Assembly (NCBI GenBank): GCA_963809485.1
Contig: CAWEJX010000018.1
Location: forward strand, 1-43,900
Length of the DNA: 43,900 bases
From: an uncultured Acidobacteriota bacterium
GTDB taxonomy: Bacteria; Acidobacteriota; UBA6911
Reading direction: 5' to 3'
Positions within the stretch are counted from its first letter, which is position 1, and each line of letters begins with the position of its first letter. Positions 20,301-29,689 of this stretch are shown in pieces. The notes beneath the pieces are model-generated. The model searched no databases, was not told the DNA's origin, and saw nothing but the letters and a program-made list of their open reading frames with translations. Both the position numbers and the translations under genes were made by a program.

Positions 20301-20385
20301 TAACCGCAGAATGTCGAATACAGAATGATGAATTTCGAAGTCGGGCCCAATTTCTGGGCTCGACATTCGATATTCGATTTTCAAA
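20301..20385. repeat. Imperfect palindrome of short (TCGAAT/ATTCGA)-type units
   Basis: GAATGTCGA (20309) pairs with TCGACATTC (20360); central hairpin TCGGGCCCA-ATTTC-TGGGCTCGA. Confidence 0.5.
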
Positions 20386-20432
20386 CTGAGGCCGCCTCAG
20401 CGACTGGGCCGGTGGGTCTGCTATTCAATTGG

Positions 20433-20724
20433 AGCCAGGTGCCTCTGGCTTTGCCGGAGGCTTGAAAGATTTGAACCGCTCAAAGCGGTTGGAGGAGTTA
20501 CGCCGGTCTTGAACGCTGACATGCGCGGGCAAAAGCCGATGAGGCGCTTCCGATCCCCGCAGAAAACTCCATCGGAAGCGCCTCATCGGCTTTTGCTCAC
20601 CGACCCTCGCCGAACAAATCAGCGTTTGTCAGCTCTTTTATCAGCGTTTCTCAGCGTTTCAAAATACGGAGCTGTCAAACTCTTTGAGTCCCCCGGCAGA
20701 GCCGGGGGTTTACCAATGGAATTA
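20433..20724 (-). mobile_element. Non-autonomous IS200/IS605-like palindromic element, copy C (292 bp, single 26-bp hairpin)
   Basis: 26-bp IR at 20529-20554/20571-20596 with a 16-nt loop; same ends as copies A and B. Confidence 0.85.
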
Positions 20725-20784
20725 GAGATATGCTAGCGACACAAATGCAATCTTCGAGGCTGTCCTTCCGCGACAAGGAGTCCT

Positions 20785-22024
20785 ATGAGTGATGCACCGC
20801 ATATCCCCCCGTCCGTTCAGCATCTTTTGGACAAGGGCGTCAGAATTCCCAATCCATTTTCGGTGGAAGTGGACGATTCCGTTGATCCCGAGCGCATTGC
20901 GCCGGGCGTGATCATCCACACGGGATGCAGGATCGCCGGAGCCCAGACCTCGATCGGTCCCGGCTCGGAACTCGGCAAGGAAGCCCCGGTCGTGATTGAG
21001 GACTGCCAGCTCGGCCACAAGGTTGAACTGAAGGGCGGCTATTTCTCCGGTGCGACTTTCCTGGACGGCGTCAATATGGGGAGCGCCGCGCATGTGCGGC
21101 CGGCAACTCTCCTGGAGGAAGAGGCCGGGGGCGCTCATGCGGTCGGGTTCAAACAGACCATTTTCCTTTCCTTTGTGACCGCGGGCAGCCTGATCAATTT
21201 CTGCGATGCGCTGATGGCGGGCGGCACCAGCCGGAAAAACCACAGCGAGATCGGTTCTTCCTACATCCATTTCAACTTTACGCCGCACCAGGACAAGGCG
21301 ACGCCTTCGCTGATCGGCGATGTGCCGCGCGGTGTGTTTCTGGATCAGCCGCCGATTTTCCTGGGAGGCCAGGGAGGCTTGGTGGGACCAGCTCGGATCG
21401 CTTACGGCACGGTCATTCCGGCCGGAACGATTTGCCGCCAGGATATCCTGGAGGAAGGGAAGAATTTTCGCCGCGCCCCCCGAGCGCCAAAGAAGCCCGG
21501 GTCTTTGCCATCGCGAATCTACCGTGGCATCGACAGAATTGTTGCAAACAACTTGATTTACATCGGAAATTTGTGGGCGTTGAAAGCCTGGTATCAACAT
21601 GCCCGCGAGCGCACCATGTCGGGGGATGTTTTCAGCCAGGCCTGTCACGCCGGGGCCTTGGTGCAGATCGAAGATGGCCTGAAAGAACGAATAAAACGCA
21701 TGAGGGAATTGGCCGATAAAATGCCAGCTCTCTCGAAAAATGCGCCGCGCCGAAACCGGAGAGGACCTGCCGACGGCAATAAAGGCCCAGCAGCAGGCTC
21801 TGGCAGATCAATGGCCGGATATGGAGGCGCACTTGAAAGCGGGACCGCCGGCGACTGCCGGATCTGCGAATCGCGACAGTTTTTTGCAGGAGTGGGAACA
21901 GACGGACTCGGCTTCCGGCCACATCAAAGCGGTACGCAGCCCTCAACCCTTCAGCCCGCAAAGCAGGCAGCCGCATGGTTGCAGGAAATCGTGGATTCGG
22001 CATCGCTTTGGACGAACAATATAA
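20785..22024 (+). CDS. GlmU-like left-handed beta-helix protein lacking the N-terminal uridyltransferase domain; frameshifted in the C-terminal part
   Basis: KGVRIPNP start resembles the GlmU acetyltransferase half; hexapeptide-like repeats; HSEIGSSYIHFNF. The frame changes near 21740 and 21945. Confidence 0.7.
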
Positions 22025-22039
22025 GGCGGAGAAGAAACA

Positions 22040-23391
22040 ATGGGACGCATGTTTGGAACGGATGGCATACGAGGCATTGCGAATGTTCACCCCATGACGG
22101 CAGAAATGGCGCTGGAGATCGGCCGCGCCACCGCATATGTCTGTAAGAAGCATACGACGCAGCCGGCACACGATCGCGATCGGAAAAGACACGCGGGTGA
22201 GCGGGTACATGCTGGAATCCGCCTTGACGGCGGGCATCTGCTCCATGGGCGTGGATGTTCTTCTGCTGGGCCCGATGAGCACTCCCGGCATTGCCTTCAT
22301 CACGCGCAGCATGAGAGCGGATGCCGGCATGGTGCTATCCGCTTCCCATAATCCCTACCAGGACAACGGAATCAAGATTTTCTCGCGCAGCGGGTTCAAG
22401 CTTCCCGATGCCGAAGAAGATGAAATAGAAGATCTGATCACCTCCGGGCGCATCAAGGATATCCGGCCGACCGCCAGTGAAATCGGAAAAGCGTATCGCA
22501 TCGAGGATGCCAGCGGCCGCTACATCGTTTTCTGCAAAAACACTTTCCCCGAAGATCAGAGCCTGGAAGGCATGAAGATTGTGCTCGATTGCGCAAACGG
22601 CGCCACATACAAAATAGCTCCCACTATCTTTTCCGAGCTCGGAGCGACCGTGAAACCATTCACTGCAATCCCAACGGGACAAACATCAATGACCGTTGCG
22701 GGTCGCAGCACACGGAGGATCTGGTTGCCAAGGTGCGCGAAATAGGCGCCGATGTAGGACTTGCCTTTGACGGCGACGGCGACCGGCTCATCGCCGTGGA
22801 TGAGAAGGGGCAGGAATGACCGGCGATCACGTCCTGGCGATCTGCGGCAAGATGTACAAGGAGCTCGGGCTTCTCAAAAACAACCTGGTTGTGGCGACGG
22901 TCATGAGCAATTTCGGATTTTTTGCCGCTCTGAAGAAACTGGGAATCCGGGAGGGAGTCAGCAAGGTCGGAGACCGGTATGTGCTGGAGATGATGCAGGA
23001 AAAGGATGCCATCATCGGCGGCGAAGAATCCGGCCATGTCATTTTCCTGAACCACCATACGACGGGCGACGGCATCATCGCCGCCCTGCAGTTGCTGTGG
23101 GCTATGCGCCACTTTGGCCAGCCTCTGTCGGAACTGGCGAAGATCATGACTCTCTCGCCGCAGAAAATTATCAACGTGACTGTCAAAGACAAGCCGCCGA
23201 TAGAAGGGATTCCCGAGCTGCAGAAAGCCATCAAGGAAGCCGAGAATGAGTTGAAGGACAAGGGAAGGGTTCTGATTCGATATTCGGGCACTCAGTCGAT
23301 GTGCCGGGTCATGGTGGAAGGCCCCACCGAGGAAATGACAGGACGCCTGACTCAGGCTCTGGCGGATGTGGTCAAGAAATGTATCGGATAA
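22040..23391 (+). CDS. glmM: Phosphoglucosamine mutase (three frameshifts, probably sequencing errors)
   Basis: [47 protein letters not shown] and RYSGT are spread over four frame segments. Confidence 0.92.
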
Positions 23392-23422
23392 GCCTAGAAC
23401 CAGAAATCAAAGGATAAAGCGC

Positions 23423-24451
23423 ATGTCATTCAAGGTAATCGTTACGCGAGACTTCGATCACATGAGTGAAGTGGCTGCCGAACTGGCGGTTCAGTATATC
23501 CGCGAGAGGCTCTCGGAGAAACCGGTTTTCACCCTGGGACTCGCCACAGGAAATTCCCCGACCGGGCTGTACAAACATATCGCCAAAGCAGCCAACGCCG
23601 CCAAATTCGACTCATCCAGGCTGGTCAGTTACAACCTGGATGAATACATAGGGCTTCCAGGCGAAAATGCTCAGCAGCGGGCCCTGCACAAAGAAAGCTA
23701 CAGCTATTTTATGATACAGGAATTGTTCGGCCTGCTGCAGAATAAGTTCCGAGAAACGAACGTACCCTGGGGCACACTGATCGACCAGGCCAGGCTGGAG
23801 TCGGAGATGAAAGCGAACCCGGGCGACTGGGAATTGCAGGGCAGCGACCAAGGCAAAGCTGTGATCATAAAAAAAGACGCCAGGTCCGACTATCTCCGAT
23901 GGATACGAAGGGAAATCCAGGGTGCCTATGCGGAGAAGATTGATAAGGGTGGGGGTATCGACCTGCATGTTATCGGCGTAGGGGGCAGAGGGCATGTAGG
24001 CTTTCATGAAGCCGGCATTCCATTCAAGGACAATGCCGTACTGCTCGTTAAGCTCGACGATGATACCGTGACGAATGCGGTGATTGATGGGCACTTTGCG
24101 AGCAGAGAGGACAGCCCGCAATATGCAATTTCCATGGGAGCGGAGCTTGTTTACAAAGCCAGGATGGTACTGCTGCTGGCTAACGGCAAACGCAAAGCGG
24201 ATGCCGTCGCGGATGCCTTGCTCATGGAACCGGATTGTTCCGTGCCCATTTCCTATGGGCAAATTCTGGCGCGGCAGGGTGGCCGCATGATTTTTGTCCT
24301 GGATCGCCAGGCGGCCGCCAAGGTGATAGACAAAGCAGATCAGGTGCGGAAACGCGGGATCGAGATTGAAGACCTATGCTTACAGACCGCATCCGTATCC
24401 GTGGCGAGACTGCAGTTCTTCAGAAATCCCGAGACCGGGAAAATGGGATAA
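23423..24451 (+). CDS. nagB: Glucosamine-6-phosphate deaminase/isomerase-like protein with an insertion
   Basis: LGLATGNSP, YNLDEYIGL, GGIDLHVIGVGGRGHVGFHE, AISMG. Confidence 0.75.
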   Translation: MSFKVIVTRDFDHMSEVAAELAVQYIRERLSEKPVFTLGLATGNSPTGLYKHIAKAANAAKFDSSRLVSYNLDEYIGLPGENAQQRALHKESYSYFMIQELFGLLQNKFRETNVPWGTLIDQARLESEMKANPGDWELQGSDQGKAVIIKKDARSDYLRWIRREIQGAYAEKIDKGGGIDLHVIGVGGRGHVGFHEAGIPFKDNAVLLVKLDDDTVTNAVIDGHFASREDSPQYAISMGAELVYKARMVLLLANGKRKADAVADALLMEPDCSVPISYGQILARQGGRMIFVLDRQAAAKVIDKADQVRKRGIEIEDLCLQTASVSVARLQFFRNPETGKMG

Positions 24452-24462
24452 GTCCCAATGCA

Positions 24463-24590
24463 TCCCCAAAGCTTCAACCTTGACGGGGGCGCATGGAGTT
24501 TGACAGCAGCAGGAGCTGGTAACGCCGACATACGCAGACAAAAGCGCTGACGAACGCGGACCATTAAATAAGGATGAGGGTCAGCGAATG
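24463..24590 (+). repeat. Diverged left-end half of the palindromic element family, opposite orientation to copies A-D
   Basis: GGGGGCGCATGGAGTTTGACAGC...AACGCCGACATACGCAGACAAAAGCGCTGACGAACGC...GAGGGTCAGCGA aligns with the reverse complement of the copy A-C ends. Confidence 0.65.
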
Positions 24591-24714
24591 TAAGGCTTAT
24601 TGAGGGCTGAAGACCAGCGCCTTGTATGCGTTCCCGGAAAATTTGCTTCGCGCGTGAGCAGGTTGGGCACACCGAGCCGGCTTTTCAGTCCCTCTTCGCT
24701 ACACTGAATCGGTC

Positions 24715-26181
24715 TTACCTTCTGCCCGGCTGCACGAGCTTGACCCAGGTTCCTGCGCTTAGCGGTTGGTCCGGATCAATCCGGTTGATGCGCTCAAGAT
24801 CCTCGAGGGTTATGCGCGACTGGTCCATGGATTTTGCCAGACTGCGCAGCGATTCCCCTCTTCGTGCACGATACATTTTCACCTTGTCCGGCTGAACGGA
24901 AAGCAGTCTCTGGTCCGTCAATGTGCGGAAGCTGGCCAGCGCCCCATCCAGAGATCGTGAATAGCGGGAGAAAGCGGATTCAGGCGCAAGGCCGGCAACC
25001 TGGTATATGTGCCCGCCATGGCTGATGAAGGCGGCTCTCACGCCAATAATGCCGCTTTCGCTTTGAACACGATAGAGCCCGACGTACGCCGGATTCCCGT
25101 TTATTTGTGCCGAACCTCCCGACACCAGCTGGTGCCCTTCCTGGCGCCCGATCTTCTGGGCCACCGCATCGGGTGACTGCCCTGCTTCGGGCGGAACCAG
25201 GCTGAGCTGAACCATTGCCCCGCCCTGCGGCTCGGCAAAAATCACGGCGCTCTTGGTGTTTTCCACTTCCCACCCCTGGGGGATATCCAGCTGGAAGCGC
25301 AAATCGGGATGAACGAACCTGCCCTGCTCCACAAAACCCTCCCGGGGATTGTCTCCGTACACCAGGCTATCCAAACGGGGCAGGAACTCATCGGCATTTA
25401 TTTTGTAATCCTGCCGCCCGGATTCCCGCTTGATGCGGGCGCCCTCTTCCGAGGTCTTTTGAATCCTGTCCGGCGGTGAAGGGTGAGAAGAAAGCCAGTT
25501 CGGAATCGATTGCCCGCTCTCCTCGCGCATCCCCACGAATACCTGAAAGAACTTGCTCATCTGCATGGGGTCAAAGCCGCACTTGGCCATGTAGTCCAGG
25601 CCGAGTTGATCGGCCTGACGCTCATCGTCGCGGCTGTATTTGAGCATGAGAATCTGCAGGCCCATCTGGGCCAGGCCTCCGACCTGCTGAAAGGTAGGGG
25701 ATAGGATGGAACCCAATCCCAGGCCGAGATTGAGAAGCTGTCCCTGGCTCATCTGTGTCACGGAATGGCGGGCCGTCACATGCCCGATTTCGTGGCCGAG
25801 AACGCCGGCCATTTCCGCCTCGTTGTTCATATGCTCCAGTATTCCGCGCGTAAGGTAGATGAAGCCGCCGGGCACCGCGAAAGCGTTCACCACGGAAGAA
25901 TCAACGACCGTGAATTGCCAGGGCAGATTGGGGCGATGGGATGCTTTGGCCAGTTCATTCCCTATGTTGGAAAAATAACTTTGAAGCGCCTTGTCTTCGA
26001 CCATTCCAAACTGGGCCAACACCTCCGGATGCGATTCCTGGCCCATGGCAATCTCCTGGCCCTCGCTTATCAGAGTCAGCTGACGTGCCCCGGTAACCGG
26101 ATTCCTTGAACATGCGACAAAGAGGATGCTCAGAATCAAAACGGAAAACAAATAGAGACGCACCCGTAATCGCATAGGCAT
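24715..26181 (-). CDS. M48 family zinc metallopeptidase lipoprotein with a C-terminal LysM-like domain
   Basis: Lipobox FVAC, NAFAVPGG, HEIGH, YSRDDERQAD, SSHP; LysM-like RRGESLRSLA...INRI. Confidence 0.92.
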   Translation of the reverse strand: MPMRLRVRLYLFSVLILSILFVACSRNPVTGARQLTLISEGQEIAMGQESHPEVLAQFGMVEDKALQSYFSNIGNELAKASHRPNLPWQFTVVDSSVVNAFAVPGGFIYLTRGILEHMNNEAEMAGVLGHEIGHVTARHSVTQMSQGQLLNLGLGLGSILSPTFQQVGGLAQMGLQILMLKYSRDDERQADQLGLDYMAKCGFDPMQMSKFFQVFVGMREESGQSIPNWLSSHPSPPDRIQKTSEEGARIKRESGRQDYKINADEFLPRLDSLVYGDNPREGFVEQGRFVHPDLRFQLDIPQGWEVENTKSAVIFAEPQGGAMVQLSLVPPEAGQSPDAVAQKIGRQEGHQLVSGGSAQINGNPAYVGLYRVQSESGIIGVRAAFISHGGHIYQVAGLAPESAFSRYSRSLDGALASFRTLTDQRLLSVQPDKVKMYRARRGESLRSLAKSMDQSRITLEDLERINRIDPDQPLSAGTWVKLVQPGRR

Positions 26182-26304
26182 TTCCAGAACCTCCTGTTCA
26201 GCGGCTGGGTGAAAATCGGCCGCGGCGGATTTTCAGGCATAGTATCCGATTTTTGCCCGCAAAATTCAAAAGGCAATGTATTCGAAGCCTTTGGAGTCAA
26301 AACC

Positions 26305-26410
26305 CAGCGTTTATCAGTGCTCGCGTCAGCGTGTGTCGGCGCTATTAAATACCGGAACTGGCCGACCTCATGAGTATCCCGGCAAAGCTGCGGATTTGAC
26401 GGTGCATTAA
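26305..26410 (-). repeat. Diverged left-end half of the palindromic element family
   Basis: AGCGTTTATCAGTGCTCGCGTCAGCG...AAATACCGGAACTGGCCGACCTCATGAGTATCCCGGCAAAGCTGCGG aligns with copy A 13209-13300. Confidence 0.65.
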
Positions 26411-26473
26411 TTTTCTCGGATTCTGAACGGCAGTCCGGTAAGCTTCATTTTCATTGGGGAATTGGATGAACGC

Positions 26474-27331
26474 ATGAATCCCGATAGCAGCCATCAGAGC
26501 CGCGCAATGCTGCTGTTGATTATTGTCGCATTGCTCTGGAGCACCGGCGGATTTTTGATTAAGTCCGTAACCTGGAATCCTTTTGCCATCGCCGGGACGC
26601 GCAGCGCGATCGCCGCACTGTTGATGCTGGGATACCGCCGCAGGCTTACATTCAACTGGAGTGCTGCCCAATTGGGGGGCGCCGCCTGCTACGCCGCCAC
26701 AGTAATCCTGTTTGTTGCAGCCAATAAATTGACAACCGCCGCCAACGCAATCCTTCTACAATACACGGCGCCGATCTATGTTGCGATACTCAGCTACTGG
26801 TTCTTGAGAGAACGCATCACAAAACTGGACCTGGTGGCCATTGCCGCGACCACTCTGGGAATGGTTTTGTTCTTTCTGGATGATTTGTCCAGGGGAGGAT
26901 TTTGGGGAAATATCGCCGCCATAATGAGCGGCCTGTCTTTTGCAGGCACTGTTCTCTTTCTGCGCAAACAAAAAGACGGCTCCCCTCTGGAATCGGTGTT
27001 CCTTGGAAACATCCTGACATTCCTGATAGGGCTTCCCTTTTCGCTCCATGCCATCCCCAACAGCGCCGGCTGGCTGGGGCTTGTTTTTTTGGGGATTTTT
27101 CAACTGGGATGCTCCTATCTTTTGTACGCCGAAGCCATCAGGCATGTGACGGCCATCGAAGGTATTTTGATCCCGGTTCTTGAACCAATACTCAATCCCC
27201 TATGGGTTTTCCTGCTTCTCGGAGAAAAGCCCGGGAGTTGGGCTGCTGCCGGCGGGATCATTGTCCTGCTTTCGGTTACGGTGCGCTGTCTCATGGCATT
27301 GAGGCAGAACTGCCGTTCAAACGTCCCGTAG
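26474..27331 (+). CDS. DMT/EamA family transporter
   Basis: About 10 TM; LWSTGG, TTAANAILLQYTAP, LEPILNP...LGEKP. Confidence 0.92.
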   Translation: MNPDSSHQSRAMLLLIIVALLWSTGGFLIKSVTWNPFAIAGTRSAIAALLMLGYRRRLTFNWSAAQLGGAACYAATVILFVAANKLTTAANAILLQYTAPIYVAILSYWFLRERITKLDLVAIAATTLGMVLFFLDDLSRGGFWGNIAAIMSGLSFAGTVLFLRKQKDGSPLESVFLGNILTFLIGLPFSLHAIPNSAGWLGLVFLGIFQLGCSYLLYAEAIRHVTAIEGILIPVLEPILNPLWVFLLLGEKPGSWAAAGGIIVLLSVTVRCLMALRQNCRSNVP

Positions 27332-27445
27332 AACAAACTCGCATCCTGTTCAAGACCTTGACGGATTGGCACCGGCAACCGTCCGCCAGCGCCTTGATGA
27401 ACATTTATCAGCGCCGGACTATGGCGGCTAACAGCCCGGGATGGC

Positions 27446-28342
27446 CTACAGTCCGGCGGCAACAGCCATAGAGACTGCCAGGACTGCATTGGTAAGAAGG
27501 TTCCATGTCACATTGGCCCGCATGGCCGGGATAGGAACCGGCCTTTCGGCATCCCGGAGCGCCCACCGCAGGGGGCCGGCCAGAAAAAGCGACGGTGCCA
27601 TTGCAGCAAGGCTGGTTGCGGGCAGTACGCGCACTGCCACGGCCACGAGTATTGAAAGGGGGGTCAGCAATCCCGCTGCGGCATATATCAGGGCGGCACG
27701 GCGCCTGCCGAACAGAATGACGAGGTTTTTTCTGCCTCCGGTCAAATCGGCCGAAACATCCGGAAACTCGTTGAGCAAAAGAAGGTTGAATGTCATAAAA
27801 AAAGCCGGGATTCCAGCAGCCACAGCCGAAGCGGGAAGGCGACCGTCCTGCACAATCGCCGCTCCCATCACAGGCAGGAGCCCGAGCCCCAAACCGGCCG
27901 CGATCTCGCCGACGCCGGTGTGCGAAAGAATGTCCGCGTAGGCAAGGACGCACAGCGCGCCCATCACGAGAATCGGCAGCAGAATCATACCAGCCTGCAT
28001 CCACATGTAAATTCCTATGCCAAGCCCGATTAGGGCCATTGCCAGCGCAAAGGCATAGGCGGTCTCGGTCCGCATACGACCCGAGGGAAGTGTTCCGCTG
28101 CCTCCCGAAAAAGGGGTTCTTTGAGTACGCAGATCAATGCCCGTTTTCATATCGCTGACTTCGTTAAAGGCATTCACGCTCGCGTGGAGCGCCACGAGCC
28201 CCGCGAGCGCCAGCAGAGCCCGAAAAATGCTGATGGTTCCGGCATAGCAGGCGGCAGCAGTCCCGGAAGCCACAAGTGTTACAGGTAGAAGAAGAAATGG
28301 CCCTCTGGCCACCCCCAGAAACGCCTGCAGTTTTGCCATCAT
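27446..28342 (-). CDS. menA: UbiA-family prenyltransferase, MenA-like
   Basis: HASVNAFNEVSDMKTGID, FSGGSG, LLNEFPDVSAD..GGRKNL. Confidence 0.75.
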   Translation of the reverse strand: MMAKLQAFLGVARGPFLLLPVTLVASGTAAACYAGTISIFRALLALAGLVALHASVNAFNEVSDMKTGIDLRTQRTPFSGGSGTLPSGRMRTETAYAFALAMALIGLGIGIYMWMQAGMILLPILVMGALCVLAYADILSHTGVGEIAAGLGLGLLPVMGAAIVQDGRLPASAVAAGIPAFFMTFNLLLLNEFPDVSADLTGGRKNLVILFGRRRAALIYAAAGLLTPLSILVAVAVRVLPATSLAAMAPSLFLAGPLRWALRDAERPVPIPAMRANVTWNLLTNAVLAVSMAVAAGL

Positions 28343-28459
28343 CCTGCCCCTTTTTATGGAATCAACGTCCTCTGCGCGGGGATTATACACTTGGTGACCT
28401 CAATCCGGCACCCGAACAGATGCAACCAACGTGCATTAATCAAGAGGAGGCCAAAAAAC

Positions 28460-28487
28460 AAACTCCGGCTTTGCCGGAGTTTTGACT
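28460..28487 (+). repeat. Solo right-end hairpin of the element family (REP-like)
   Basis: AAACTCCGGCTTTGCCGGAGTTTTGACT ends in the conserved TGACT terminus. Confidence 0.6.
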
Positions 28488-28721
28488 GTAAATCGCTTCA
28501 AGTATTTGGACCAGCTTCGTCGGACTGCGAATACATACCGCCCTCCGGCCTATTAATATTTTTATCCCAACCGCAGCGGGTGAACAAACGAAATCAGGGA
28601 TCCCTCCCCATCGGGCAAGCGCGCCTGCCTTTCTTCTTGTGTATTGGATATCGAATATGCTAGAAACGGAAATCGTTCAAAACACAATATTTCCAGCACC
28701 GAAAATATAGGAGAATCCGTC

Positions 28722-29546
28722 ATGATCAAAAAGACGATACAAAGAACGTCGCGAAGAGGTTTTGTGAAGGAAGTCGCCGCGGGGACTACGGTTGTGGCTG
28801 CGGCCGGGGTATTGGCCGCCGGTTGTTCCACTCAAGCAGGAAAGGGTTCCACCTCACTCGAAGCAAAAGTCGAGGCGTTGGAAAAACGCCTCCAGCAGGT
28901 CGAAGACGTCCAGGCAATCAACAGGCTCCAGTATGCCTACAATTACTATGTCGAGCACATGATGAAACAGGAAGTCATCGATTGCTTTTCCGACAGCCCC
29001 GATGTGCTCCTGGATTGGCTCGAAGGAAAATGGAAGGGCAAGGCAGGAGTAAGGAAATATTTTGACGTAAACCAAGTGCCCCCTGTCGGTTTCCGCCATC
29101 AACTCATGCCCACAGCCGGACTGATCACGGTTGCGCCTGACGGCAAGACGGCCAAGGGGCGATGGTATGCCTTCGGCGGAATCATGATGCCGAATCCGCC
29201 GCAGCAGGCCAACAGACCGGCTAGCCGCTCCTTCATCAACGGCATTTATGAAATTGGCTACATCAAAGAGGACGGCATTTGGAAAATACTGTCCATCAAC
29301 TGGATCATACCTTATGGCGTCAGGATCAGCGAAGGATGGATCATGCCCGAAGATATCGCCGGCCCCATGTTGAAAGCCTCATCCGGCGCTCCCGGCCCGC
29401 AAATGGTCCCCGACATCCCGATGGACAAAAACGATTTGCGCTATGTCACCGGGTATATTTTCCCATTCCATTTCGTTCACCCGGTGACGGGCAAGCCAAC
29501 CAGCGAGCCCACGCTCAATGCACGCCTGAAGCCGATCAAGTCATAG
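28722..29546 (+). CDS. NTF2/SnoaL-like protein with a Tat signal and lipobox
   Basis: SRRGFVK, LAAGC, EDVQAINRLQYAYNYY, APDGKTAKGRW, YIKEDGIWKI; AGGAG RBS. Confidence 0.85.
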   Translation: MIKKTIQRTSRRGFVKEVAAGTTVVAAAGVLAAGCSTQAGKGSTSLEAKVEALEKRLQQVEDVQAINRLQYAYNYYVEHMMKQEVIDCFSDSPDVLLDWLEGKWKGKAGVRKYFDVNQVPPVGFRHQLMPTAGLITVAPDGKTAKGRWYAFGGIMMPNPPQQANRPASRSFINGIYEIGYIKEDGIWKILSINWIIPYGVRISEGWIMPEDIAGPMLKASSGAPGPQMVPDIPMDKNDLRYVTGYIFPFHFVHPVTGKPTSEPTLNARLKPIKS

Positions 29547-29689
29547 AAGATGCGGGGGATTGTCTGCCGAGGATAATGGAGCAATAAAAGCCGGAAATCC
29601 GGAGCCGGAATCTCCCCGGCTTCCGGCTTCTGAATAGCAGCAGCAAAAACCATCGGCCTGCAATAACCGCCTGCCTGGCATTCAATGCT

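Noticed and set aside
13085-20724. CRISPR array interpretation of the repeats
   Set aside because: The copies are dispersed, with no regular repeat-spacer period and no cas genes.
22040-23391. Programmed frameshifting or true pseudogenisation of glmM
   Set aside because: Three separate shifts with intact catalytic motifs in a normally essential gene fit sequencing error better.
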